A stretch of DNA of 63,609 nucleotides, the filler included, from Octopus bimaculoides (taxonomy: Eukaryota): assembly GCF_001194135.2 (NCBI RefSeq). It is 6 parts of 6 records of this genome, joined end to end, with 100 filler letters (N's around TTAATTAATTAA, not from the genome) between each part and the next. Parts side by side here need not be neighbours in the genome. Positions count along the whole stretch, not along the records: positions 12,464 to 26,223 come from NC_068993.1; 5 more parts are not named here. The stretch is one strand, 5' to 3'. The notes below the pieces were generated by a model. It searched no databases and had not been told where the DNA came from. It worked only from the letters and a program-made list of their open reading frames with translations. The position numbers were made by a program, and so were the translations under genes. This document shows positions 12,364 through 24,118 of the stretch, in pieces; positions within the stretch are counted from its first letter, which is position 1; each line of letters begins with the position of its first letter.

Positions 12364-12463
12364 NNNNNNNNNNNNNNNNNNNNNNNNNNNNNNNNNNNNN
12401 NNNNNNNTTAATTAATTAANNNNNNNNNNNNNNNNNNNNNNNNNNNNNNNNNNNNNNNNNNNN
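12364..12463. other. Assembly gap linker: 44 N + TTAATTAATTAA + 44 N (also at 26268, 33317, 60608, 62250)
   Basis: The identical 12-mer sits centred in five 100-nt N blocks. It is a scaffolding artefact, not genomic sequence. Confidence 0.95.
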
Positions 12464-14235
12464 ATATATATTAGAGGCGACTCCAAGTCATCAGCGTCAC
12501 TCGGGCTCATCACAGATTTCGCGTAAGACACATGCCTGCCCGAAGAATTTCACGTTTGCCGCAAATGACTTTTTTTTTTACACATATATATATATATATA
12601 GCACTATGTCTTTCATCATTTCTAAGTTAAGCTTTAAAATAAAGCAACCCTTCAAAACACAAATTTATCTTTACACAGAGATGCACAAAATAAACAGCAA
12701 TCGAATAACGGCAGTAGAGTACACAACAAACATCAGAGATCTGACTGTCGCCTGTACTCTACACAAGAGATGCCAGTAGTCTTTTACATCTACCAGGCTC
12801 GTTCATATTAATCCGAGTTACTAGATAATGTTTTGTTTCTTTAAGAATATTGTAGAAGGGAAACTTTTCATAGATTGGAATTTAAATGCTCATCCCTATA
12901 GATGTTATTGTTTAAAAAAAAATTGAATTAGGATTAATTTTAATTTTCACGATTGCAAAGAGCAGCATGGGCTGTAACTTCTGAGCTGTCGTCAGGCGTG
13001 AGTGAACGATGTCGAGAGAGCGACCGCTACGAACGATATTTTTTGACACAGGGAACCTCTAAGACGACCGCTCGACGCTGAACAAAAATAAATTAAATGA
13101 GATCAGGCACACTAAAAGGGGCCCAAGTCATTGGCTTCAATTGCATACTTGAAGTCAGTTTTGGCAGAAATTAAATCAGCTGAAATTAAATCACAAATTA
13201 AATCAGCTTGTAAATGCACGTTACTTTACTAAATTTATACTCGGGCTAAGCCCGAAAAGCCACTGATCTCTGTCTCTGACTCACTTTCTCTGTCTCTCTC
13301 TCTCTCTGTCTCTCTCTCTCTCTGTCTCCGNNNNNNNNNNNNNNNNNNNNNNNNNNNNNNNNNNNNNNNNNNNNNNNNNNNNNNNNNNNNNNNNNNNNNN
13401 NNNNNNNNNNNNNNNNNNNNNNNNNNNNNNNNNNNNNNNNNNNNNNNNNNNNNNNNNNNNNNNNNNNNNNNNNNNNNNNNNNNNNNNNNNNNNNNNNNNN
13501 NNNNNNNNNNNNNNNNNNNNNNNNNNNNNNNNNNNNNNNNNNNNNNNNNNNNNNNNNNNNNNNNNNNNNNNNNNNNNNNNNNNNNNNNNNNNNNNNNNNN
13601 NNNNNNNNNNNNNNNNNNNNNNNNNNNNNNNNNNNNNNNNNNNNNNNNNNNNNNNNNNNNNNNNNNNNNNNNNNNNNNNNNNNNNNNNNNNNNNNNNNNN
13701 NNNNNNNNNNNNNNNNNNNNNNNNNNNNNNNNNNNNNNNNNNNNNNNNNNNNNNNNNNNNNNNNNNNNNNNNNNNNNNNNNNNNNNNNNNNNNNNNNNNN
13801 NNNNNNNNNNNNNNNNNNNNNNNNNNNNNNNNNNNNNNNNNNNNNNNNNNNNNNNNNNNNNNNNNNNNNNNNNNNNNNNNNNNNNNNNNNNNNNNNNNNN
13901 NNNNNNNNNNNNNNNNNNNNNNNNNNNNNNNNNNNNNNNNNNNNNNNNNNNNNNNNNNNNNNNNNNNNNNNNNNNNNNNNNNNNNNNNNNNNNNNNNNNN
14001 NNNNNNNNNNNNNNNNNNNNNNNNNNNNNNNNNNNNNNNNNNNNNNNNNNNNNNNNNNNNNNNNNNNNNNNNNNNNNNNNNNNNNNNNNNNNNNNNNNNN
14101 NNNNNNNNNNNNNNNNNNNNNNNNNNNNNNNNNNNNNNNNNNNNNNNNNNNNNNNNNNNNNNNNNNNNNNNNNNNNNNNNCTGATAATTATCCGATATTA
14201 ATTAATATATGACTAATTACCAGATTTTATAATAA

Positions 14236-14275
<40 letters not shown>

Positions 14276-14306
14276 CCAACATTGACAAGACTAAAGAAGG
14301 TCGAAA

Positions 14307-14346
14307 TCTGATAATCTGATAATCTGCAGATTATCAGATTATCAGA
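14307..14346. repeat. Perfect 40-bp palindrome
   Basis: TCTGATAATCTGATAATCTGCAGATTATCAGATTATCAGA equals its own reverse complement. Confidence 0.97.
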
Positions 14347-16123
14347 GGGTATTTATTTACCCTCTAGTGATATATGCTGGGGTATGATGCCATAGTACTT
14401 GCCTTCAATTCACCATTGGTGTTACAAGTAGTTTTGTTTGTCTCTCGCTCGACTGCGCCTCACACATCAAGGAGGTTGCAGTATGGGGAGTTAGTTGGTC
14501 AGATGACTGGCTATTTGAATTTTATCAGTCTCCTCAGATTGCACTGTCCTCAGATTGACACCCAAACACTCTGAAATGCTCGTATTGGAGCTCCCGGTGT
14601 GAATGCGAACCATGTCATTTCAAAATTTCTGGAAGCGTGAATTGCGTCGTGCTGCAGTTTTTCTCACAGACAGTGCCTAATTAATCCTACTATAATGTGT
14701 AGTCGACAAAGTCTAAAACAAACAATCTGCATGCGTGAAATTAAAACATAAAACCGAGACAATTTACCCATCGCACCCCGTGTGCGTTTGTGTATGTGCT
14801 TTTTTTGTGAGTGTGTGTGTGTGTGTGTGCTTGTGTGTATGTTTGTGCGTGTGTGTATATATATGAAAATAATAATAAAAAAAATCAATACCCACTCCCC
14901 TGCAGCATAATCACCTGAGATATCACGTCTAACATTGCAGTACATCCACGCAAAGCGCATATTTTTTTCAGAGATGGGTAGCGGAATACAAAGAATATTT
15001 TGAATAGCCAATCCTCGGTTGCCTGATGTGGTGATGTAAACGCTGCATTGATCTTTTGATGAAATGCTTACTTTTGTAGGATAGTTATTTATTTAGCACG
15101 TTCAGTTTTCATGGAAAAAAAAATTATGAACAAATTTGTGTAGGTCTGTGTCATTTTTCAATCCTAAATGAACGCTTAAATCTTCTAAATACAAAACATC
15201 ATAAATATACGGATATTACACATATTAAAGATTTGAATATATATACGTTATTGTTACGAGTAACGCAAATATTTTGAGATTTTTCTTAATGCCACGAAAC
15301 AGATGTTAAAAAGCCACTTGTATAATCGATCCTCTTAAAAATGTTTCCGAAACAGGTGTGATCGTTGTTGCCTCAAATTATAGATAATATTCGTAATCAA
15401 TAATCTGAATGTGAATACGTGTTTTGTTCGGGTGACATAATTTGAGACAATGCGATGCAAGGTCATCGAAATATCATTTATCTGCCTGTTTTCAGGTTTT
15501 AGTTTCCTCTTATCACAATTTTGGTTTTAGTTCTAACTTCTTTTAAAATATTTATCACCTTTGAGAAACTATGGCTTCACGACTTTAATTTAATTGACTG
15601 ACGAGATTGAAACATTGCTAATACAGTAATGTTTCATGTTTGAGCCGATTCATCTCGGTTGTCTATGAAATTAATTAGAGACATTTTAAAGTTATATTGT
15701 TCTAGTTGAACTTTTACACCAGCTCGCAACATTTCAAATTAAAGCAGCTTTGTCTAGACTTTACATGAACTATGATTCATGAGGTCTTCGGGATTAATCA
15801 GCAAGAAGAGGATAGATTGATGTATAGGTTAGATTGTTATATATGTATGTATATGTATATATATATATANNNNNNNNNNNNNNNNNNNNNNNNNNNNNNN
15901 NNNNNNNNNNNNNNNNNNNNNNNNNNNNNNNNNNNNNNNNNNNNNNNNNNNNNNNNNNNNNNNNNNNNNNNNNNNNNNNNNNNNNNNNNNNNNNNNNNNN
16001 NNNNNNNNNNNNNNNNNNNNNNNNNNNNNNNNNNNNNNNNNNNNNNNNNNNNNNNNNNNNNNNNNNNNNNNNNNNNNNNNNNNNNNNNNNNNNNNNNNNN
16101 NNNNNNNNNNNNNNNNNNNNNNN

Positions 16124-16185
<62 letters not shown>

Positions 16186-16189
16186 AAAC

Positions 16190-16230
<41 letters not shown>

Positions 16231-16599
16231 ATGATATGAATATTCATTAAAAACCGATGGTTGTTAAAATCGAATTCAGACGAGAAATTTAGATGATTGA
16301 TAGAATTCGTATTTTCGTTTGAAGAAGCTATTCTTATTGTAGCATAATCGTTCCTATGATAATAAGAGCTTAGTGGAATTGAAAATGAAGAAAGATATAA
16401 TCAGATGAAATGAAAAATTCATCGAATAACTTTTGTAGGAGATATTTTAAACTGTTATGAGTTTTAATAAGCATGATGTAATTTTTCTTTCATTTATGTT
16501 AGAAAATAAATATGAACACCAATTAAACGATATGAAGTTATATACTAAATATGTTATTTTGGGGGAAAAATATGTCCCATGATATTTGACTGACTGTGA

Positions 16600-16640
<41 letters not shown>

Positions 16641-16734
16641 TTGGTGCTGCTGCCTCTGCTGCTACTACTGCTGCTGCCGCTCGCTAATGTTAGTAATAAT
16701 AACAATAATAATGACAATAATAATGACAATAATA

Positions 16735-17405
16735 ATGATCGGTGGAAATTGAATCAAGTCACGAAGAACGTGAACAACATTTTGGAACACATCAGCACAA
16801 AAACATCACAGAAACAAATAATTTCAAAAGCCAGCAAGTATTGCTGTAGCAGAAAATGTGTGTTGAAGTAAAGAAAAAGAAATATAATGCAAGTGACAAA
16901 AGAAAAGATCCATAGCGGAAAAGAAGAAAACAGGCGGGTTTGATATGTTCTCGAATGACATTTCTGTGATAGACCGAAAAGAGAATGGGAGAGCTTAAAA
17001 GCGAACAAAAATACAGGGTACGGAACAAGAAGTATGATATTGAAAGTAAGAGTCTGAAAGTGTTAATGGGGGAACTGAAACAGAGCATCCTTGCAAAGAA
17101 AGCAAAGATGGTAAGATACGACCAAAGAAGGAAGGGATGCCGACAGAATGAATAAGTTATTTAGAGTAGATCAGAAGAGATGCTACAAAGATATAAACGG
17201 AGAGTGTAGAGATGAAAAGTTGATACCATACAACATTGTAAGTCAAAGGTCTTGGATTGATATCTGGAGCAAAGACAAGGAGCTCAAGAAAAACGCTGAG
17301 TGGTTGCAAGAACTGAAACAAACAGCAGTCTGCCCAAAAGAGGCAGAACTAGTCATTTCAGTTAGGGGGATGGAGGAAATCAGCAGAAAATCGGCAACTG
17401 TAAGA
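16735..17405 (+). mobile_element. R4/Dong-like remnant, region N-terminal of RT
   Basis: KKYDIESKSLKVLMGELKQSILAKKAKMVRYDQR...KLFRVDQKRCYKDING...WIDIWS...KKNAEWLQEL. Preceded by degenerate (AAT)n. Confidence 0.75.
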
Positions 17406-17444
17406 CAGTAAACAAACTAAACAGCTTAGAAAGAAAAACAGCAG

Positions 17445-17535
17445 GAAGAAGCAGAAGAAGAAGAAGAAGAAGAAGAAGAAGAAGAAGAAGAAGAAGAAGA
17501 AGAAGAAGAAGAAGAAGAAGAAGAAGAAGAAGAAG
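17445..17535. repeat. (GAA)n microsatellite
   Basis: Directly visible. Confidence 0.98.
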
Positions 17536-17769
17536 GCGAGGGGAAGGAAAAAGTGAAGTCTTTCTCACTACAAGGAAATTGTAGTAGCACGAAGAACAAA
17601 TTTGACAACAATTACGAAGAGTCTAACAAAAACAGAGTGAGCTGCGGGAAAGAGACTTTTGCAAATATCGTCGCAGTTAGGGCATTGGTTAATGTCTCAT
17701 TGGGGAACAAGGTAGAAACACTAAACAAGGAAGCAAAATATATGAAACGGAATATTAGGTGAGCAGAAT

Positions 17770-18480
17770 TGACGCCTCAAAACGACGTGCTTGGGGCAAC
17801 AGCCAAACGGACATTTGTCTACAGGTGCGTCAACACAAAGCCAAGGAAACTCGAAAGCGCTAAACGCGATGAGGTGTAATAAATCTTGAACGACTTATGG
17901 CACGATATCCACCACATTGCAAAAGCGAGGCAGTACGGCAGAGAAGAGGTCCTTTTTAAGACCGAGGACAGGCGATACAGAGCTCGGTGACCACAGGTCA
18001 CGCCGAGGAAATCGACCACATCCCAACGTACATGGAAGAAGGGCGGTACGAATTACGATACCTGCAGTCCCACCAGGCCTTGATTTGTGGTGGATTCTCG
18101 CCTGTACGGAAGAGGGAATCTCCTAGATGTCAAGATGGAGGAGGGAGTACTGGTTTGGGACTACATTGGAGGTTCTTCTCCATGGAAGTCAGACCAGTTT
18201 GGGAAAGTCCCATACTTGATTTCCCTCTCGAATGGAGTAGAACTAAGGGGGAACGTGAGTGGAAGAAGGCCAAATTTCCACGATTATTGCTCAACGGGGC
18301 ACTTGCGGTGTTTCTTCCCACAGAACCAGAGCAGAAGGGCAGAAAGAAATGCCGAAGCGAAAGCACTGCAACCTATGAGTCTAGAAAAACAACAACAACA
18401 AGAACAAAAAGGCAGGGAAATAGAAACAAGAAATGGAACCCAAGGAGACAAGCCAGGCAGGTGTTACAGTGAAAATGACA
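17770..18480 (+). mobile_element. Probable L1/Tx1-type ORF1 (gag-like) remnant, frameshifted
   Basis: Fragments across frames: GRRAVRITIPAVPPGLDLWWILA and KVPYLISLSNGVELRGNVSGRRP followed by a decayed knuckle (DYCSTGHLRCFFP). This resembles the V.GR.P-CCHC layout of Tx1-type ORF1. Confidence 0.45.
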
Positions 18481-18653
18481 GTGGGAGTAGCCGTAGCAGC
18501 AGTTGCGGAAGCTACACTAACAGGAACAACAACAACAAAAAATAACTACAAGAGAACCAGATCAAACAACGCAAGAAGAAAACATACAAGATGATGAGGG
18601 GGAAGCTCATGAGGCAAGAATAAAACAAAAAAGAGACACAGAAACATATGTCT

Positions 18654-18748
18654 GTAGCGTAGTGTTTAAGAGCGCACGCTACTAACCCCAAGATTCCGAG
18701 TTCGATTTCAAGCAGTGACCTGAACAACAACAACAACAACAACAATAC

Positions 18749-18821
<73 letters not shown>

Positions 18822-19030
18822 AATAATAATAATAATAATAACAATAATAATAACAATATCGAAAAATACCTTAGGAATGAGAACCCAGGCTTGAAATTTC
18901 CCCAAGACACCTCATGAAGGCTGGAGGGTATATCAGCAGAAACGCTGTGTTAACAACAAACAAGATGAGGACAAATATCCGTCAAATGTAAATAATGTAA
19001 ATAATGTACATAATTCCTCATCTCTCAAAT
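18654..19030 (+). mobile_element. SINE family C: tRNA head + (AAC/AAT/GAT)n + hammerhead-like 3' module, copy 1
   Basis: A-box TAGCGTAGTG and B-box GAGTTCGATT. Colinear with the minus-strand copy at 25773-26028. Confidence 0.85.
18907..18950 (+). ncRNA. Degenerate minimal type I hammerhead ribozyme motif (Penelope-type)
   Basis: Stem I ACAC/GTGT, core CTCATGA (canonical CTGATGA), A, stem II GGCTG/CAGCA, GAAAC, GCT (canonical GTH). Three substitutions from an ideal motif. Confidence 0.6.
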
Positions 19031-19039
19031 ATAGAAGTA

Positions 19040-19400
19040 TAGAAATGTTGACAAAAATTGAGAAGGAGTACAACAGAAATTTGAGGAAGCTAATGAAGTC
19101 AATGCTAAATGGTCCGAATCTAGCGAAGGTTGTAAATACTTGGGCACTATCATTACTTAGATACTATGCAGCGTTTGTAGAGTGTACAAAAACTGAATTA
19201 GCAAAGCTAGACGGAAGAAGTAGGAAGGAATTCAATATGAATGGAGGACTCAACCCAAAACTGGAGTAGCAAGGTAATACTTACAAAGAAAGGAAGGTGG
19301 CAGAGTGTCAATATTAGTAGAATTCTGCGTTGAGTTAGCTAGAGTAGATATAAACTACTACGTAGGTAATTGTGAAGAAAGTTTATCAAAAGTTGCTTGA
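19040..19400 (+). mobile_element. R4/Dong-like remnant, RT C-terminal/thumb region
   Basis: EKEYNRNLRKLMKSMLNGPNLAKVVNTWALSLLRY...ELAKLDGRSRK...GGLNPK matches the family pattern EY.RR.RK.LKS.LN..N...AINTWA...ELD..TRK...G.LHP. Confidence 0.8.
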
Positions 19401-19929
19401 ATCACAGTAGCTAGAATCACATTTAATCTTTTCTGTCTTTGCTCTCTTGCACGCGTTCCGAAGAAAATACATCTGTCATATTAGATTCTATTTTCTGTTG
19501 TTTCCCTCTAGATTAAAATTTAGACTTCTCTTTGGAGTTCTATGAAATACAAACCAAATTTTGTTGAAGGATGCCTTTAATAAAAGCTCCATGATTTCTT
19601 TCTTTTCACTTCTAATAGCGGGTATTTGCGACAGGTATTAAATTATTCACCTTGAGGCAGATACATAAGACGGAAATCTTTATTTAATGTATGTGGGATA
19701 TGATAAAATATTTTCCCATTAATATGAAAAATATCTGTCCGCTGAAAAAGGTTAAACAATAGAAATGTTGTTCCGTTCTGCAGCCCAAAAATATTTATAT
19801 GTATATGGTTATAACCAAATAAGACATCTTTCTTTAACAAAACCTACATAGTGGTAGAAATACATATATTGATATATTGAATTATAATAATTAAAAATAG
19901 AAATGGAAATTGAAATATATAGACAATGG

Positions 19930-19960
<31 letters not shown>

Positions 19961-20076
19961 GTGTGTGTGTATGTATGTATGTATGTATGTATGTATATGG
20001 TTTTTGTATTTGGCTTGCAAGATTCTTGTTGTGAATTCATGTGTTGAAACATGTTTTGTTGTATCCNNNNNNNNNN

Positions 20077-20111
<35 letters not shown>

Positions 20112-20119
20112 GGTGGTTT

Positions 20120-20460
20120 TCTACTCCTACTCCCTGTGAAGAGTCTGGTCAGCTCCTGTACCTACACCTTCGATCCACCATGCTATCTGATGTGGCTTTT
20201 TAAACCAGCTAGTGTATTGAAAAGACACCCACACACATTGCATATCCGATTTGAACAACTATGAGCTGCAGTTAAGTTCTTATCTTAGTAGTTGTTAAAA
20301 TGTCTTTTGATAACTCCGTTAGATTTGCAGACCCTACGGCATACATGACATTGAAAGGTGTGCAGAGACATTAGACAGAATAGTTGGTGTAGGTTCGTTT
20401 CTCATGGATCGGCAAATGAGATTTGAGCCCAGCAAAAGAAAGGCATTGGCTGTCACGAAT
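20120..20460 (+). mobile_element. Possible highly decayed CR1/L2-like RT fragment
   Basis: Only weak motifs: LPVKS (compare LPVTSGVPQG), NSVRFADPT (compare FADD), W..DLSPAK. Confidence 0.3.
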
Positions 20461-21670
20461 TTTGCACACAAAAAGATCGTTGCGATTCACCTTCTCGATC
20501 GTAACATTTCTCTCTAAATATATTTATTGAATTATGATTATTAAAAGTGAAAATGGAAATAAGAATATATAAACAATTTTATATGCCTGTGTGTATAAGC
20601 ATATATACATACGCACAACCACATGGACGCACATAACGCAGTTATGTACATGCACATCCACACACTCCCAAACACATATAAATACACGCAAACAATCCAA
20701 AGCGAAGGTTTTGTTACTTCACTCATGTGTGTGTGTGTGCGCGCGTTGCGTGTGGTGGTTGTGTATGCATGTGTGTGTGTGTGTTTGTGTGTGTGTTTAT
20801 GTCTATATACATATATATGTGTATATATTCCTATACACATATATATCTATGTATGTGTGTGTATATATATATATATCTGTATGTATGCACGTATACGAAA
20901 ATACAAACATGCATATGTGTGTATCAGTGTGTATGTGTGAGTTTGCTATGTGTTTACAAATATATATTTTTCAGTAAACAGCATTTGTTATGAAAGTGAT
21001 TTCATTCTATTTGATTTTCTTTAACTCATTAAATGCAGTAATTATTCTGTTTTATGTTGCTTTCAAATAGAGAGCAAAGTCTATTACATAATCAACAGTA
21101 GAAATTCAAGAGGTTTTCATTAGCCTATACAAACCTGTAGTTTCTGAACAAAATTTAGCAGAATGGAGATACCAAGAAATAATTAAGTGAAACTAAAATA
21201 CCTTAAAGTAAATTTCTCAAAAAGAAAGGAAAGAAATTAACCATAGAAATAACGTGATAAAGGAAAGGAAGACATAAAAAAAATTACCATTCGTAAATAC
21301 AAACGGCATTGCTGCCTTTTGTTTGGACAATAAAGTTCAAATTCAAATGCTGTTTACGTGGCATTTAAAAGACTGCACTTAAAGGAAGTGTTGAATCCAT
21401 GCTGCATTGTTGCACTACATAAGAAAAGTTAATGGACGTTAGAGAATCTTGCACAGCCAGACGACGAGGAAGAAAATGCAGATATCGTAAGCGAAATTGA
21501 GTGTAACAGTGAAAGAATAGGAATAAAAGAGAAAGAGAGAGGTGTAGAAGGAGGGAGAGATAAGTGAGAAATAGTAGAGGAAAAAACTATATGAACTTTA
21601 GCAATATTCAAGAAGGAATCAAGAAGGAAAGGAGAGATTGAACATATATATCCGTGTGTGTGAGTTAATA

Positions 21671-21726
<56 letters not shown>

Positions 21727-22154
21727 TGTGTGTGTGTGTGTGACGTAAATGTATTGATATTTTCCAGATTTTCTTTAGCAGATATCTAATGGCATTTGTT
21801 TGGTGATTTATTGAAATCTACTTAAACATCTAGGCTGATTTACTGGTGTTGGAAAGTTATTTTTTCTTTAAAATTTCTTTTGTTTATAAAGTTTATGCAA
21901 TTATGTTTACTTTAATCAAAGCTGTTTGCACTAAGTCATATACATTGCAAATTTGATGCCTGTTTTTTCAGTATAAATAAATTTAAGTTTTGCGTCATGT
22001 GTATATTTTTACGTTCCCGCATGTTTATACATAGACATACATTAACTTACACATGTACTCCTAACCTCACAGACACATCTATTTCCATTCGCCACATATA
22101 TTTATAAACACACAGTTGTCTACCAATACACACATATTACAACATATATATGTA

Positions 22155-22261
<107 letters not shown>

Positions 22262-23083
22262 TTATGAATATCTATACACATATTTTTTTTTTGAGTATGT
22301 GGATTTGAGTGGGGTGGAAATTAAGTTGAAGACTGGGTTGTTATGGAGAGTTGCTTTGGAGAAATGTTTATTGATTAAAACTTGGTTTAAGTTATTATTT
22401 AGAATTTATGTATATAGAACATTCTAAGCAGCTATGGCATATTTACGTGTGTCCCTTTTTGTTGGTACGTATAAGATATGAAAGTAGTGTTAGTTGTTCA
22501 TAGTTTTATTGGATTTAATCCTTTGCTTTAACATTGTAAAGATCGGTGGTTCAAAATTTAGTCCAGGATTTAAGCGAGCGTCAATGTTTTGGTAATTTGA
22601 CACTCACATTACGATGGTCATATTTTTGGTAATGGAATTATATAGTGGTTTGCAAAATAATATAAGCATATGTTATGTTTCAGCCGTTCAGTTTCTTTAC
22701 TTGTTATTTAGGGATTTATCTGTTATTATTTGGTAGGTGGATTCATTAAGTGGGCATATCCTAGTGTTATTAGCACAAAAACTTATTTTATGCTTTGAGG
22801 TTCACAAGAGCACACGGGTTGGTGCAAATATTGTTGATCTGTATGTTTCTCTCTAGTGGTTTATCGTTTTATAAACAATTTAATTACTATATAGAAATTT
22901 TACCCCTTGTGTTTTATGGAGGTAGATTTTGTGGGCTATCGCTATAAATATTTCTTCAATTCTGTTTCAACTGCGGATATATAGTATCATTTTAGACCTC
23001 AGGATAGATGTGAAATTCGGGCATTGTATAGAGTGTGCATATTCTTCTATCCTTTTAGTTGAACAAACTTATTTTTTGTAATC

Positions 23084-23347
23084 CTAGTACTTATTCTAAC
23101 GGTCTCTTTTGCCGGACCGCTAATGTCACAAAGACGTAAACGCAACAACATGGGTTGAAAAGTGACACACAATGATATATATATATAAACGACGGGCTTC
23201 TTTCTGTTTCCGTCTACGAAATGCACTCACAAGGCTTTTGTCGGCCCGAGGCTATAGTAAAAGACACTTGCCCAAGTTGCCGCACTGGAACTGAACCCGG
23301 AATAATATGGCTGGAAAGCAGGCTTCTTACCACACAGACACACCTGC
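23084..23347 (-). mobile_element. SINE family A, 3'-truncated
   Basis: Reverse complement matches the head, CORE-like box and part of the tail module of the 8871-9261 copy. Confidence 0.8.
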
Positions 23348-23719
23348 GCTATATATTCACGTTTAAAGGGTGTGTATATGCATGGATAAAAATAACATCA
23401 TACCCAAGGAAGATTTTCACTCAACACAGACTATATAAAGCTGAAATTAGATTTAATGCATCGCAGCCAGATGTTGACTTAACTTCAAAGCCACTGTGAA
23501 CAATATTCTTGCTTCAGAATAATAACCATATAAATAGATAAGTAGAAAGGCTGATCCTCAACTATTTTCTTTTATCGTCGACTTCGCTTGGTTTTCCTAA
23601 TGAATTATGATGTGTATATATTTGTGTCATTGTTTGTGCATTGCAAAGGACCTAGCTTGCAAATTGTCATGAGTACTGTATCTTTTATATAGAATATTTG
23701 TCAGTCTGGAATATATGTA

Positions 23720-24118
23720 TGAGAAGGTGAATCGAATTGCTCGACCTCGGTACTTAGCTGGTATATATTCTTTCGATCCTGAAAGTATGAAAGATTAAGT
23801 TGAACTCAAAAGCTTTTGCACTCATAAAGTATAGATGGAAACATTGTGCTAAGCATCTTCTCTGACGTGCTACCATGTTCAGCCTACTCGCCGACCTACA
23901 TTACATGGTAATAATCCTTTCTGTTGTAGGATTAATATTTGGAGAGGGGCTAGTCGATTATATCGACCCCAGTGCATAACTAGTATTTATTTCATCTATC
24001 CGAAAGGATGGCAGGCAAAGTCGACTACGTAAGACTTTGGAGTCAGATCGTACAAACGAGTAAAGTGCCGCTAAACAATTTGTCCGGCGCGCTAACAGTT
24101 CTCTCAGTTCGCCACCTT
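23720..24118 (-). mobile_element. Two tandem diverged copies of SINE family B (23720-23893 and 23917-24118)
   Basis: Reverse complements match the 2116-2336 and 45047-45247 copies. Confidence 0.75.

Noticed and set aside
12478-12560. CTGATGA on the minus strand as a hammerhead
   Set aside because: No following stem-GAAA.
18654-18715. tRNA gene (also 26540-26605 and the other SINE heads)
   Set aside because: A and B boxes are present, but there is no complete cloverleaf or acceptor stem and each continues into a repeat body. These are SINE heads.
22290-23080. T/G-skewed segment as a Penelope ORF remnant (GLNFEP on the minus strand)
   Set aside because: Only one short motif, and other expected motifs are absent or out of order.
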